From positions 146,529 to 168,414 of the IMG/VR virus record IMGVR_UViG_2909739949_000002: a stretch of DNA of 21,886 nucleotides; one strand, 5' to 3'. This document shows, piece after piece, positions 1-7,584 of the stretch; position 1 is the stretch's first letter; the number at the start of each line of letters is the position of its first letter. The notes beneath the pieces are model-generated. The model had not been told where the DNA came from, ran no database searches, and saw only the letters and a list, made by a program, of their open reading frames with translations. Position numbers and translations under genes: made by a program. The stretch comes from a virus. Its lineage: Duplodnaviria > Heunggongvirae > Uroviricota > Caudoviricetes.

Positions 1-2711
1 AATTGGTTAGCATTAGAAGTAGACATCTCTACTGTATTGATACCTTCTAAATGAAGCTTCTGAATAGCATGTTGGCTATTATAAGAATCAAAGGAACATG
101 TCATTACTCTACGTGCTTTACATAATTCTATTAGCTTCTCTTCCATATCTAAGAAAGAGACTATTCTTTGGATACCTTTATTATTCTTATCTCTATCTAT
201 ATAAGGTTTCCATACTAGAAGAGTAGATACTATTATTCCCCAAGTATTATCTATAAGTATTGGATTACATATAGCAAGGGCGGCGCTATCTTTCTTTACA
301 CCATAATCTACATGAGCAAATGAGTTACCTATAGTAAGTGGTTCTACTCTAGATAACTTAACACCTACATAATATCTAGTCTCTCCTAATTCATTAGTAG
401 TATCTATTGGAACTTGTCTTCCATCTACTGAAGAGATACCTTTAAATGATTCTTTAACATTAGGTATTACCATAAAGGTTCCTTGTTTAAGAACCCTAAT
501 ACCTTCATATTCAGTAGCAGCACTAATAGGATCTTTAATATAATCTTCTGAAGACTTAATAGATTCTTCAGACATATTAGGATTTAAATTAACATCCCAA
601 GTACGTAGTCTTAAACCTAGAGTAGAAGAATCTCTAATAGCAACTTCTTCATATAATTTCTCTATATAATCTCCTGGTTCCCATGCAGAGGAAATAGCTA
701 TCTTATGCCCTTCTGCTCCAAATGTAATTGTATTATGAGAGATTATGGGATTACCTATGATGTTAGTATCTGGGATAGATAAAGCTATAGTTTCATCTTG
801 TTTAAAATAGTCTACAGATTTAACTTCATCCCATCTTATAGATGAATTAACTAAATATTTTATAAGATCATCTTTTATATCTATACCCTTTAATAAAGAT
901 AAAGACATACAATGATTATCTCTTATGCCTCCATAACCTCTACCTAATAAATCAGACCAAGATAAATCATTATTAATTTTATATTCTTTAAATCTTTTAG
1001 TTAATCCTAAAGGTAATAAAGATAATCCATTCTTAGATTTATCTTTTCTCTCTAATACAATCTCAAGTAAATCAAGCTGTCTCTGTTCTTTAGAAGGTAT
1101 TAATCCTATATTTGTATAAAAGTTAAGTATATTCTCTTTATCTCTAATTTCTAATACGTAACTAACTTTTCCATTAAAAGTATTAGTACTAAAGTATTTA
1201 TTATTCTTTAGTCTAACATTAGAGAAAACATTAAATCTTAATAGTTCTCTTTGTAGAGAGATTATTAAATTTTTATTAGTAAGTCCAATACCAATATTCT
1301 TGGAATTAGTTATATAACCATCAGTAGCAAATAATCCTTTTATAAATTCTGCTAATACGTCATTAGAAGAAGAAATTATATCAGGGGGAATAAACTTTGT
1401 ATAGGAAGTCTTTCCCATTAATCCTAATTCTCTAAGCCATTGTTTGAGAAGGTTAGGTTGAGAAGTACCTAATGATTTAACTGTATAATCATAGCTCTTA
1501 GACTTAGAGTAATTTACTAATTTATATCCCGGATATTCTTTATCTAAGATAGATTGAAAATCATCTATTATTTCTTTAGATACATTAGTAAATTTAATAT
1601 GGTTCTGAGATATTCCCCCGTCTCCTATTAAATATCCCAATAATCTAGCTTTCTCTTTAGAAATAGAATTATTTGTTCCTTGATAAGGAACAGTAGTTAA
1701 AATAGCTAACCTATCTCCTATTTGTATATCTTTAAGTTCTATCCATTGAGGTTGATTATTATCTTGTCTCCAAACTAAGAAAGGGTGATTATCTGTATAA
1801 TTACCTTCTAAACCCGTTCTAGTTTTAAGGGTATATATATCTTGTATTCCATTACTCTTTATAGAATAATTACTAGTAAAATAAGGAGTATATGTATTAG
1901 GGTCTAAAGTTAATATATCTATTCCTTCTCCATATCTTTCTAATAGCTCTTTATGGGTAATAGAGCATATAGAAGTATAAATAAGGTCATCTTTATACTG
2001 ACACCCACGGCCAATATTTTCCCAAAGGTGGTCAGCTTTACTATTACCAAACTCATCATATTCAAAACGAGCCACCTCATCTAGTATTAAACATTTAAGA
2101 GAATAACCTACTAGAGATTTAGAGTTAGTATGCTTTGCATATATACCAATATTCTTATGGCGGCATCTTATTTCGTCAGTTAATATTTCTATCTTGCCAG
2201 CTTTCTCTAGAGATTTGAAATAATCAGAACCTTCTGCATACCCTCTAATAGAAGCAAATAGAGTTTCTTTAACTTGCTCGGCTGATTGAGATATTACAAA
2301 TACAGCTATAGGAGAACCAGGTAAAAGTTTATAGTATTCTGCTGGATTATTTAACGTAATTAGCTTATAAAATTCTAATAATACTATGATAGATACCAAT
2401 ACCGTCTTCCCGCTTCTTCTGCCTGCTTCTAGCACTAGATTTCTATATTTTCTACCAGGAAGCCAAGTAGTTCTATCATTATCTCCCCAGCTATTTAATA
2501 TTAATATTTCATCTTCTTCTAAAGGTTCTCCATAGAAAGCCTTCAATATAGCTCTTTGAGTAGGATAGAGTTTTACTTTACTGTTGAATAGTATCTCTTC
2601 TGCAAACTCTACTATTGATATATCTGCGGAGCTTTCTAATGAAGATATGCCTTCACTAATAAGGTCATTAAATAATGAGTCTAGAGAAAAGTCTTTCTTA
2701 TAATTTGCCAT
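1..2711 (-). CDS. terL: Phage terminase large subunit, intein-containing, 3' end truncated by window edge
   Basis: Manual translation from ATG at 2711 (MANYKKDFSLDS...): LYPTQ motif, Walker A GRRSGKT (2403-2423), Walker B LILDE (2076-2090), coupling motif KIAISS, RNase H-like nuclease motifs HVDYGVKKDSAALA and FDSYNS. No stop found before the window edge, which would explain its absence from the ORF track. Confidence 0.92.
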   Translation of the reverse strand, partial: MANYKKDFSLDSLFNDLISEGISSLESSADISIVEFAEEILFNSKVKLYPTQRAILKAFYGEPLEEDEILILNSWGDNDRTTWLPGRKYRNLVLEAGRRSGKTVLVSIIVLLEFYKLITLNNPAEYYKLLPGSPIAVFVISQSAEQVKETLFASIRGYAEGSDYFKSLEKAGKIEILTDEIRCRHKNIGIYAKHTNSKSLVGYSLKCLILDEVARFEYDEFGNSKADHLWENIGRGCQYKDDLIYTSICSITHKELLERYGEGIDILTLDPNTYTPYFTSNYSIKSNGIQDIYTLKTRTGLEGNYTDNHPFLVWRQDNNQPQWIELKDIQIGDRLAILTTVPYQGTNNSISKEKARLLGYLIGDGGISQNHIKFTNVSKEIIDDFQSILDKEYPGYKLVNYSKSKSYDYTVKSLGTSQPNLLKQWLRELGLMGKTSYTKFIPPDIISSSNDVLAEFIKGLFATDGYITNSKNIGIGLTNKNLIISLQRELLRFNVFSNVRLKNNKYFSTNTFNGKVSYVLEIRDKENILNFYTNIGLIPSKEQRQLDLLEIVLERKDKSKNGLSLLPLGLTKRFKEYKINNDLSWSDLLGRGYGGIRDNHCMSLSLLKGIDIKDDLIKYLVNSSIRWDEVKSVDYFKQDETIALSIPDTNIIGNPIISHNTITFGAEGHKIAISSAWEPGDYIEKLYEEVAIRDSSTLGLRLRTWDVNLNPNMSEESIKSSEDYIKDPISAATEYEGIRVLKQGTFMVIPNVKESFKGISSVDGRQVPIDTTNELGETRYYVGVKLSRVEPLTIGNSFAHVDYGVKKDSAALAICNPILIDNTWGIIVSTLLVWKPYIDRDKNNKGIQRIVSFLDMEEKLIELCKARRVMTCSFDSYNSQHAIQKLHLEGINTVEMSTSNANQ
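732..2003 (-). mobile_element. Intein with LAGLIDADG homing endonuclease (424 aa) in terL
   Basis: In-frame insert GRG|CQYKDDLIYT ... GNPIISHN|TIT. Block A Cys1; block B TDNHPF; LAGLIDADG motifs LLGYLIGDGG (~1615-1645) and FIKGLFATDG (~1318-1347); block F start WDEVKSV; terminal His-Asn followed by Thr(+1). Confidence 0.93.
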
Positions 2712-2722
2712 TAGATAGTAGT

Positions 2723-2739
2723 TAGATAGCTGCTATCTA
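2723..2739. promoter_or_regulatory. 17-bp palindrome (TAGATAGC-T-GCTATCTA) in divergent intergenic region, operator-like
   Basis: Perfect 8-bp inverted repeat with 1-nt centre in the 68-bp gap between the divergent terL and 2780 starts. Confidence 0.4.
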
Positions 2740-2779
2740 TTTATATGAATTTAGTAGTTAGTAAAGGTAAGCGAAATAT

Positions 2780-3067
2780 ATGGCGAGATTGATAATTAAT
2801 AGTTTAGGTGCATTAGGTAATGCTCTTTGGTACTTCATAACTTGGAGAAGATACAATGATCCTACAGGGATGTCTACTAAACCAAAAGAAGAGCATGAGG
2901 CAGTAGAAGAATGGTATGAGTATATAGACAATAATCCTGAAGGATATGCATCTAATATATATCCAGATAATGTATATCCATATGAAGAGTTTGTAGATAG
3001 AACTTATGAAGAGAATTTAGAGTGGGAACAAGAAATGTTTAAATGGAAGGAGTTAGAAGATGAATAA
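2780..3067 (+). CDS. Hypothetical acidic protein (module gene A1; likely paralog of 6314..6580)
   Basis: ORF with AAAGGT upstream, overlapping the next gene; shares D-TG..T, (E/D)W.E and PDNV...T.EE motifs with 6314..6580. Confidence 0.7.
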   Translation: MARLIINSLGALGNALWYFITWRRYNDPTGMSTKPKEEHEAVEEWYEYIDNNPEGYASNIYPDNVYPYEEFVDRTYEENLEWEQEMFKWKELEDE

Positions 3068-3500
3068 ACCTAAGACATTAATCCAGTTATATAGAGAACA
3101 TTACAAGGAAGTAGCAAATTTTCTTAAAGAGGAAGAGATACTAAACTTAGTTATAGCTGGCATAGTTATGGATAAAGAAAAGTTTCTCGAAGTTCTATTT
3201 GAAGTAGATAGAGAAGGAAAACCTGAAAGAGTTAAAGTAACTTACAAGGCTGCAATCAATAATCAACCTCTTGATTGTACTCAATGGATTAAAAGAAGTA
3301 AATTTAAAGACCTTACTGGAAACATATTCGGTATCTATTATAGAGATACTTATAATGATTCTCTTTTAGAGGGAGATAAAGTAAGTATTGAAATAAGTAA
3401 TAGTGAAGGTGAACTATGTTCTCTAGAAGCAGAAATAATAAGAGTATTCTTAAATGATTCAGAGAATGGGGACAGTTATATTATTGTCAAAGAAATTTAA
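3060..3500 (+). CDS. Hypothetical protein (module gene B1; likely paralog of 6564..6971)
   Basis: GGAG RBS and overlap with the upstream gene; F.EVL.E.D and FK..GN motifs shared with 6564..6971. Confidence 0.75.
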   Translation: MNKPKTLIQLYREHYKEVANFLKEEEILNLVIAGIVMDKEKFLEVLFEVDREGKPERVKVTYKAAINNQPLDCTQWIKRSKFKDLTGNIFGIYYRDTYNDSLLEGDKVSIEISNSEGELCSLEAEIIRVFLNDSENGDSYIIVKEI

Positions 3501-3502
3501 GA

Positions 3503-3539
3503 ATAGGCGGCCTAACTAGCCGCCTATTTAGTTAGGAGA
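3503..3539 (+). repeat. Conserved hairpin + RBS repeat, copy 1
   Basis: ATAGGCGGCCTAACTAGCCGCCTATTTAGTTAGGAGA; 10-bp stem, 7-nt loop; 35/37 identical to 6270..6306. Confidence 0.95.
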
Positions 3540-3545
3540 AATAAA

Positions 3546-3699
3546 ATGAATTACGAAATATACTTAGATCTAATTAAAGAATTTACTCCTATACGGCATT
3601 AAATTAGCAGAGCATTTATATAATGACTGCACCTTGTATCTAGATCGTAAAAAGAAAAAATTAACTGATTACTTAAGCGTAGAAAGGAGTAGATATTAA
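3546..3699 (+). pseudogene. Internally deleted/frameshifted gene, probable remnant of a free-standing LAGLIDADG endonuclease
   Basis: AGGAGA RBS plus ATG 3546 (MNYEIYLDLIKEF...) stops after 18 aa. A different frame reads KLAEHLYNDCTLYLDRKKKKL...RY* and ends with TAA overlapping the 3699 ATG (TAATG coupling). LYxDxxxYLDRK resembles the C-terminal motif of phage LAGLIDADG endonucleases. Confidence 0.5.
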
Positions 3700-4052
3700 T
3701 GGCTAAACCTTGGGATCATGCAATAGAATCCTCTCGCAAATTTGGAGGCAAACCAGAGGATTATTTTGAGATTCATCAAATGATAGATAGCTCTAAATCA
3801 GCTCATGCAACTATGAAACATAGATGTGTATTTCATAATTCATTTGGCATATATCTTATTGAAAGAATATTTGGGATTAACATAACTAATAGCAATGGAA
3901 AGTTAGTTTCTGTAAGAGAAATAGCAGAGCTTCACGTTTTAAGTGACTTAGGAAAAATTCCTTCTCTAGATGATTGGATGAAAGAAATGGAACTTAAGCC
4001 TTGGATGGGTCAACCTACTAAAGTTGTTTACGAATATAAGTTGGGAGAGTAA
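3699..4052 (+). CDS. DUF6915-like His-rich protein
   Basis: Pattern P..HA.SS.RKFGG..EDY..IH...D.SK....HR...H...GI...E.IFG..ITNS.GK.V.VR.IAE.HV..DLG.IPS matches my recollection of DUF6915; AAGGAG RBS. Confidence 0.75.
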   Translation: MAKPWDHAIESSRKFGGKPEDYFEIHQMIDSSKSAHATMKHRCVFHNSFGIYLIERIFGINITNSNGKLVSVREIAELHVLSDLGKIPSLDDWMKEMELKPWMGQPTKVVYEYKLGE

Positions 4053-4165
4053 TAGAAGATCTAGGAAAGATACCCACTTTAAGTGATTGGTTAAATGAAA
4101 TGAAACAAAGTAGTTGGCATGGTGCCCCAACTAAAATTACTTTTGAGTATAAATTAGGAGAATAG
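4049..4165 (+). pseudogene. Orphan diverged second copy of the 3' end of the DUF6915-like gene
   Basis: Reads VIEDLGKIPTLSDWLNEMKQSSWHGAPTKITFEYKLGE*, colinear without gaps with 3936..4052 (23/38 aa identical). No start codon; contains the AGGAGA RBS for 4167. Confidence 0.9.
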
Positions 4166-4166
4166 A

Positions 4167-4724
4167 ATGCAAAGAGTATTGAGACATGAGTTAGACAACA
4201 CAATAGACAAGTCTTTAAATGAAATTAAGTTAGCTCAAGAAGCAATAGGTAAATCAGTTCTTGAGTTAGTAGTAAAACAAGTTAGAGATGTAATAGAGTA
4301 TTTGCCTGACTCAATAGTAGGTATTACATGGACACAATATACCCCATTCTTTAATGATGGAGATCCATGCACTTTTAGAGTTAATGATCCTCAATGGATT
4401 ACTAAAGCTGAAGAGAATATAAATAATATCTTCAATGAATGGGTACTAGAAACTATAGATAAATATGGAGAAGATGTTATCCAAGTAGAAGGAATAGTAG
4501 AGCAATATATACTTCTTGATACCTGGAGCTGTTTCTATCAATACTTAAATAACGAAAGGATGTTCTTCTCTCCAGATAAAGAACAGTTATTTAATATTCT
4601 CCAAGATATAGAAGCTGCTTTATCTAGAATAGAAAGCTATCTAGAAGATGAGATGGGCGGGCATTCGGAAATTTACATATTCAAAGACAAGATAGTAGTA
4701 GAGGAATATCTTAATCATGATTGA
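4167..4724 (+). CDS. Hypothetical protein, WTQYTP(F/Y)FNDG family, paralog 1
   Basis: GITWTQYTPFFNDGDPCTF motif; C-terminal GGHSEIYI...EEYLNHD. Confidence 0.8.
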   Translation: MQRVLRHELDNTIDKSLNEIKLAQEAIGKSVLELVVKQVRDVIEYLPDSIVGITWTQYTPFFNDGDPCTFRVNDPQWITKAEENINNIFNEWVLETIDKYGEDVIQVEGIVEQYILLDTWSCFYQYLNNERMFFSPDKEQLFNILQDIEAALSRIESYLEDEMGGHSEIYIFKDKIVVEEYLNHD

Positions 4725-5190
4725 AGGATTTAATTCAATTGAAGAGTACCATGAAGAACTCTGTGGAGTTATAGATAAGAATTGGAGTGAGCTTTTAGCA
4801 AAAGTTAGGACAGAAGTAGCTAATTTACTAAAGCTTTATTTCCTCGAAGTTAATGATGAAACAAGTATAGAAGGTATCACTTGGACTCAATATACTCCTT
4901 ACTTTAACGACGGAGAAGAATGTGTATTCTCAATAGGAGATGTTTATTATCTATTGAGAAATGAATATGGTGGCTATGAGAATATAGGAATAGATGATTT
5001 TAATCCTAGGTTTAATCCTAATCCTATTACTGATGATGAACATAAGGATGCTGAATTAGAGAGCCGCCTTAAGTTATTACAAGAACTTCTCCATAAGAAT
5101 GAAAGTTATTTCCAGATAGTATTTGGAGATCATGCAAGAGTATCAATAACAGCAGATAACTTGAGAGTAGAGAGATACGACCATGAGTAA
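4717..5190 (+). CDS. Hypothetical protein, WTQYTP(F/Y)FNDG family, paralog 2
   Basis: GITWTQYTPYFNDGEECVF motif; C-terminal FGDHARVSI...ERYDHE; overlaps both neighbours. Confidence 0.8.
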   Translation: MIEGFNSIEEYHEELCGVIDKNWSELLAKVRTEVANLLKLYFLEVNDETSIEGITWTQYTPYFNDGEECVFSIGDVYYLLRNEYGGYENIGIDDFNPRFNPNPITDDEHKDAELESRLKLLQELLHKNESYFQIVFGDHARVSITADNLRVERYDHE

Positions 5191-6265
5191 ATTTCTAGTA
5201 GAGATAGTAGAGATAGATCAAGTAGTTAAACATCCTGATGCTGATTCATTAGAGATTATCTCTATAAAGAATATGGGATATCAAGTAATCAGTAAGATGG
5301 GTAATTACAAAAGTGGCGACTTAGCTATTTACTTTCCTATTGATTCAGTAATACCTGACGACTTAGTTGAAGTCTTTGGTATTAGAGCCTACTATAATGG
5401 GAAAATTAGGGCGGCTAAGTTAAGAGGTATATTCTCAGAAGGATTACTAATTCCTATTGATATAATCAAAGCTATATTATCTAGCAAAGGAAGATTAGTA
5501 TCTACTCCTGATGAAAAAGAGTATTACTTAAATAGCGATAATACTGCTTATGAACTTAGCATAGGAACAGATCTATCTCATTCTTTAGGAATTACTAAGT
5601 ATGAATATCCCTTACCAACTCAAATGGGTGGGATAGCAGAGATGCCTGTAGGTCAATATAAATTCCCTAGTCCTGAGAACTATAAGAGATATAGTCATCT
5701 ATTAGAGAAAGGTGAGTATATATTCCTAACCGAAAAAGTTCATGGTAGCCACCTTCTTTATGTACTAGACGAAGAAGGAATACCACATATAGGCAGTCAC
5801 AATTACTTCTGGAAGATAGATGCAGAAGAGAATACTAACAATATATATGTGAGAGCTTATAAGGAGAATCCTAATCTAGCTAAAGTACCTAAAGGATACT
5901 GTCTCTATGGAGAGGTATATGGTAGTGGGGTACAAGATTTAAAGTACGGACTAAAGAATGGACAGATTAGGATTGCTGTCTTTGCGATCGCATATAAAAG
6001 AAAGATACTAAATATGAATGAGGTATCTGATTTATGTAGACAATGGGAACTACCAATGGTACCAGTTCTATATGAGGGGCCTTATTCAGATGAGATAGTT
6101 CAGTCTTTTAATAATGCTGATAGTTATCTATGTCCAGGGCAGATACAGGAAGGAGTAGTAATAGTTCCTAAGGAAGAGAGAAGTAGTTTAGAGATAGGTA
6201 GAGTGTGTCTGAAGTCTATCTCTGATAGATATTCTCTAAGAAAAGAAGGCACTGAACTACATTAA
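5183..6265 (+). CDS. ATP-dependent RNA ligase, DRB0094/Rnl5 family
   Basis: N-terminal OB-like domain (HPDADSLE, YFPIDS, KLRGIFSEGL); nucleotidyltransferase motifs TEKVHGS (I), LYGEVYG (III), QEGVVI (IV), LKSIS (V). Confidence 0.9.
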   Translation: MSKFLVEIVEIDQVVKHPDADSLEIISIKNMGYQVISKMGNYKSGDLAIYFPIDSVIPDDLVEVFGIRAYYNGKIRAAKLRGIFSEGLLIPIDIIKAILSSKGRLVSTPDEKEYYLNSDNTAYELSIGTDLSHSLGITKYEYPLPTQMGGIAEMPVGQYKFPSPENYKRYSHLLEKGEYIFLTEKVHGSHLLYVLDEEGIPHIGSHNYFWKIDAEENTNNIYVRAYKENPNLAKVPKGYCLYGEVYGSGVQDLKYGLKNGQIRIAVFAIAYKRKILNMNEVSDLCRQWELPMVPVLYEGPYSDEIVQSFNNADSYLCPGQIQEGVVIVPKEERSSLEIGRVCLKSISDRYSLRKEGTELH

Positions 6266-6269
6266 TTGG

Positions 6270-6306
6270 ATAGGCGGCTTAACTAGCCGCCTAATTAGTT
6301 AGGAGA
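6270..6306 (+). repeat. Conserved hairpin + RBS repeat, copy 2
   Basis: ATAGGCGGCTTAACTAGCCGCCTAATTAGTTAGGAGA, just after the ligase stop and before ATG 6314. Confidence 0.95.
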
Positions 6307-6313
6307 TAGATAA

Positions 6314-6580
6314 ATGAAATGGGTATTAAGATGGGTTAATGGCTGGTATTCTTATTTCTTTGATCATCCTCAGGATACTGGACTATTAACATTATTTAAC
6401 AAAAGAACTGATTTATTAGAATGTATTGATGATTGGCTAGAACAAGACGAATTACATAGAGTAAGTCCTCCTGAACCATACTTTGACCCTGATAATGTAT
6501 TGCAACAGACACAGGAAGAATACGAACTATATATAGAAATCTACGCAGAGGAGCATGGACTAAATGAAGAAGGAGAATAG
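6314..6580 (+). CDS. Hypothetical acidic protein (module gene A2)
   Basis: AGGAGA RBS supplied by the repeat; motif similarity to 2780..3067. Confidence 0.75.
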   Translation: MKWVLRWVNGWYSYFFDHPQDTGLLTLFNKRTDLLECIDDWLEQDELHRVSPPEPYFDPDNVLQQTQEEYELYIEIYAEEHGLNEEGE

Positions 6581-6971
6581 AGAACAAGCTAAGTTTCTCT
6601 TTAATTGTTTGCTAGATAAATTAAATGAAGAAGGTGGCGGCTACTTAGAAACTCTATATTTAGCATTAGAGAATCTAGATTTATTTGGAGAAGTATTAGC
6701 AGAATATGATTCTACTTTTAATAAAGGATTAGATATTAATAATACAGAAGATATATCTGTCTTTCTCTTAGAAGAAGAATTTAAAGCTAATTCATTTAAA
6801 CTACAAGGTAATTATCTTTATCTATCAGGAGTTAATAAATTAATAAGTAATTACGAACCTATAACGATTACTATTACTTCTAGAAGAGAGACTCATAAGG
6901 TAGTAGGAAAGATAGAGAAGTGTAAGCCTGTAAAAGGTGGATATAACTATAGATTTATATTAGATAGATAA
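6564..6971 (+). CDS. Hypothetical protein (module gene B2)
   Basis: Overlaps A2; motif similarity to 3060..3500. Confidence 0.75.
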   Translation: MKKENREQAKFLFNCLLDKLNEEGGGYLETLYLALENLDLFGEVLAEYDSTFNKGLDINNTEDISVFLLEEEFKANSFKLQGNYLYLSGVNKLISNYEPITITITSRRETHKVVGKIEKCKPVKGGYNYRFILDR

Positions 6972-6975
6972 AAGT

Positions 6976-7006
6976 ATAGGCGGCTTAACTAGCCGCCTAA
7001 TTAATT
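6976..7006 (+). repeat. Conserved hairpin repeat, copy 3 (no AGGAGA tail); possible terminator or processing site
   Basis: ATAGGCGGCTTAACTAGCCGCCTAATTAATT, 4 nt after the B2 stop. Confidence 0.93.
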
Positions 7007-7032
7007 TAAAGACAATAGTTTAATTAACTAAT

Positions 7033-7584
7033 ATGAGTGAGACTATTAAAAAGACATATTACTCTATTGAATATAAAGGTTCTCTTCTTACTATAGAAAA
7101 GCAATACGGAGGAGGTTATATATTCTCTACTAATAAAGATTATGAGCTATATCGAGTTGACACTTTTGAAATAGCTTATAGAAGTTTATTAGAAAGTCCA
7201 GTTTATTTATCATCTACTAAAGAATATCCCCAGCACAGTAAGTTTATTAACATTGAAGAATGTCAGGTGGTAAAAGTAGAAGATACGATTATTAGAGATA
7301 TAGAAGCGGTTTATTATTTAAAACCATTAGATGTCACTAATGATCTTCTAGGTAGCTATAATGATCATTCTGATGGGGCCCCTAATATAGCTAAGATATT
7401 AAAAGGAGAAATAAAAAGTAAAGCCAGATATAGTAAAGGAGATATTATTCGTATCTATAGTACTGTTTATCAAGTAGAAAGAATATTATCTTTACCTAAA
7501 GGTCAATATGATATTTATCCTAATGCTCTAATAGCTATTGTCAAAGTAGTAGTGGCTGATAGTTTATTAGAAAGTAAGAGTTAA
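7033..7584 (+). CDS. Hypothetical phage protein
   Basis: 183-aa ORF with typical composition; converges with and overlaps the 7567 minus-strand gene by 18 nt. Confidence 0.7.
   Translation: MSETIKKTYYSIEYKGSLLTIEKQYGGGYIFSTNKDYELYRVDTFEIAYRSLLESPVYLSSTKEYPQHSKFINIEECQVVKVEDTIIRDIEAVYYLKPLDVTNDLLGSYNDHSDGAPNIAKILKGEIKSKARYSKGDIIRIYSTVYQVERILSLPKGQYDIYPNALIAIVKVVVADSLLESKS

Noticed and set aside
3936-4165. Diversity-generating retroelement VR/TR pair
   Set aside because: Differences are not adenine-specific, many are synonymous, and no reverse transcriptase is present in the window.
4018-4203. Minus-strand 61-aa ORF
   Set aside because: Antisense shadow of the duplicated DUF6915 tail and adjacent plus-strand genes.
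5984-5991. HIP1 octamer GCGATCGC as proof of a cyanobacterial host
   Set aside because: Only one copy noticed in 22 kb; suggestive but not enrichment.
6396-6587. Minus-strand 63-aa ORF
   Set aside because: Antisense to the better-supported 6314..6580 gene, which has an RBS.
3503-7006. CRISPR array from the palindromic ~37-bp repeats
   Set aside because: Copies are 0.7-2.8 kb apart and separated by whole genes, not 30-40 nt spacers; no cas genes.
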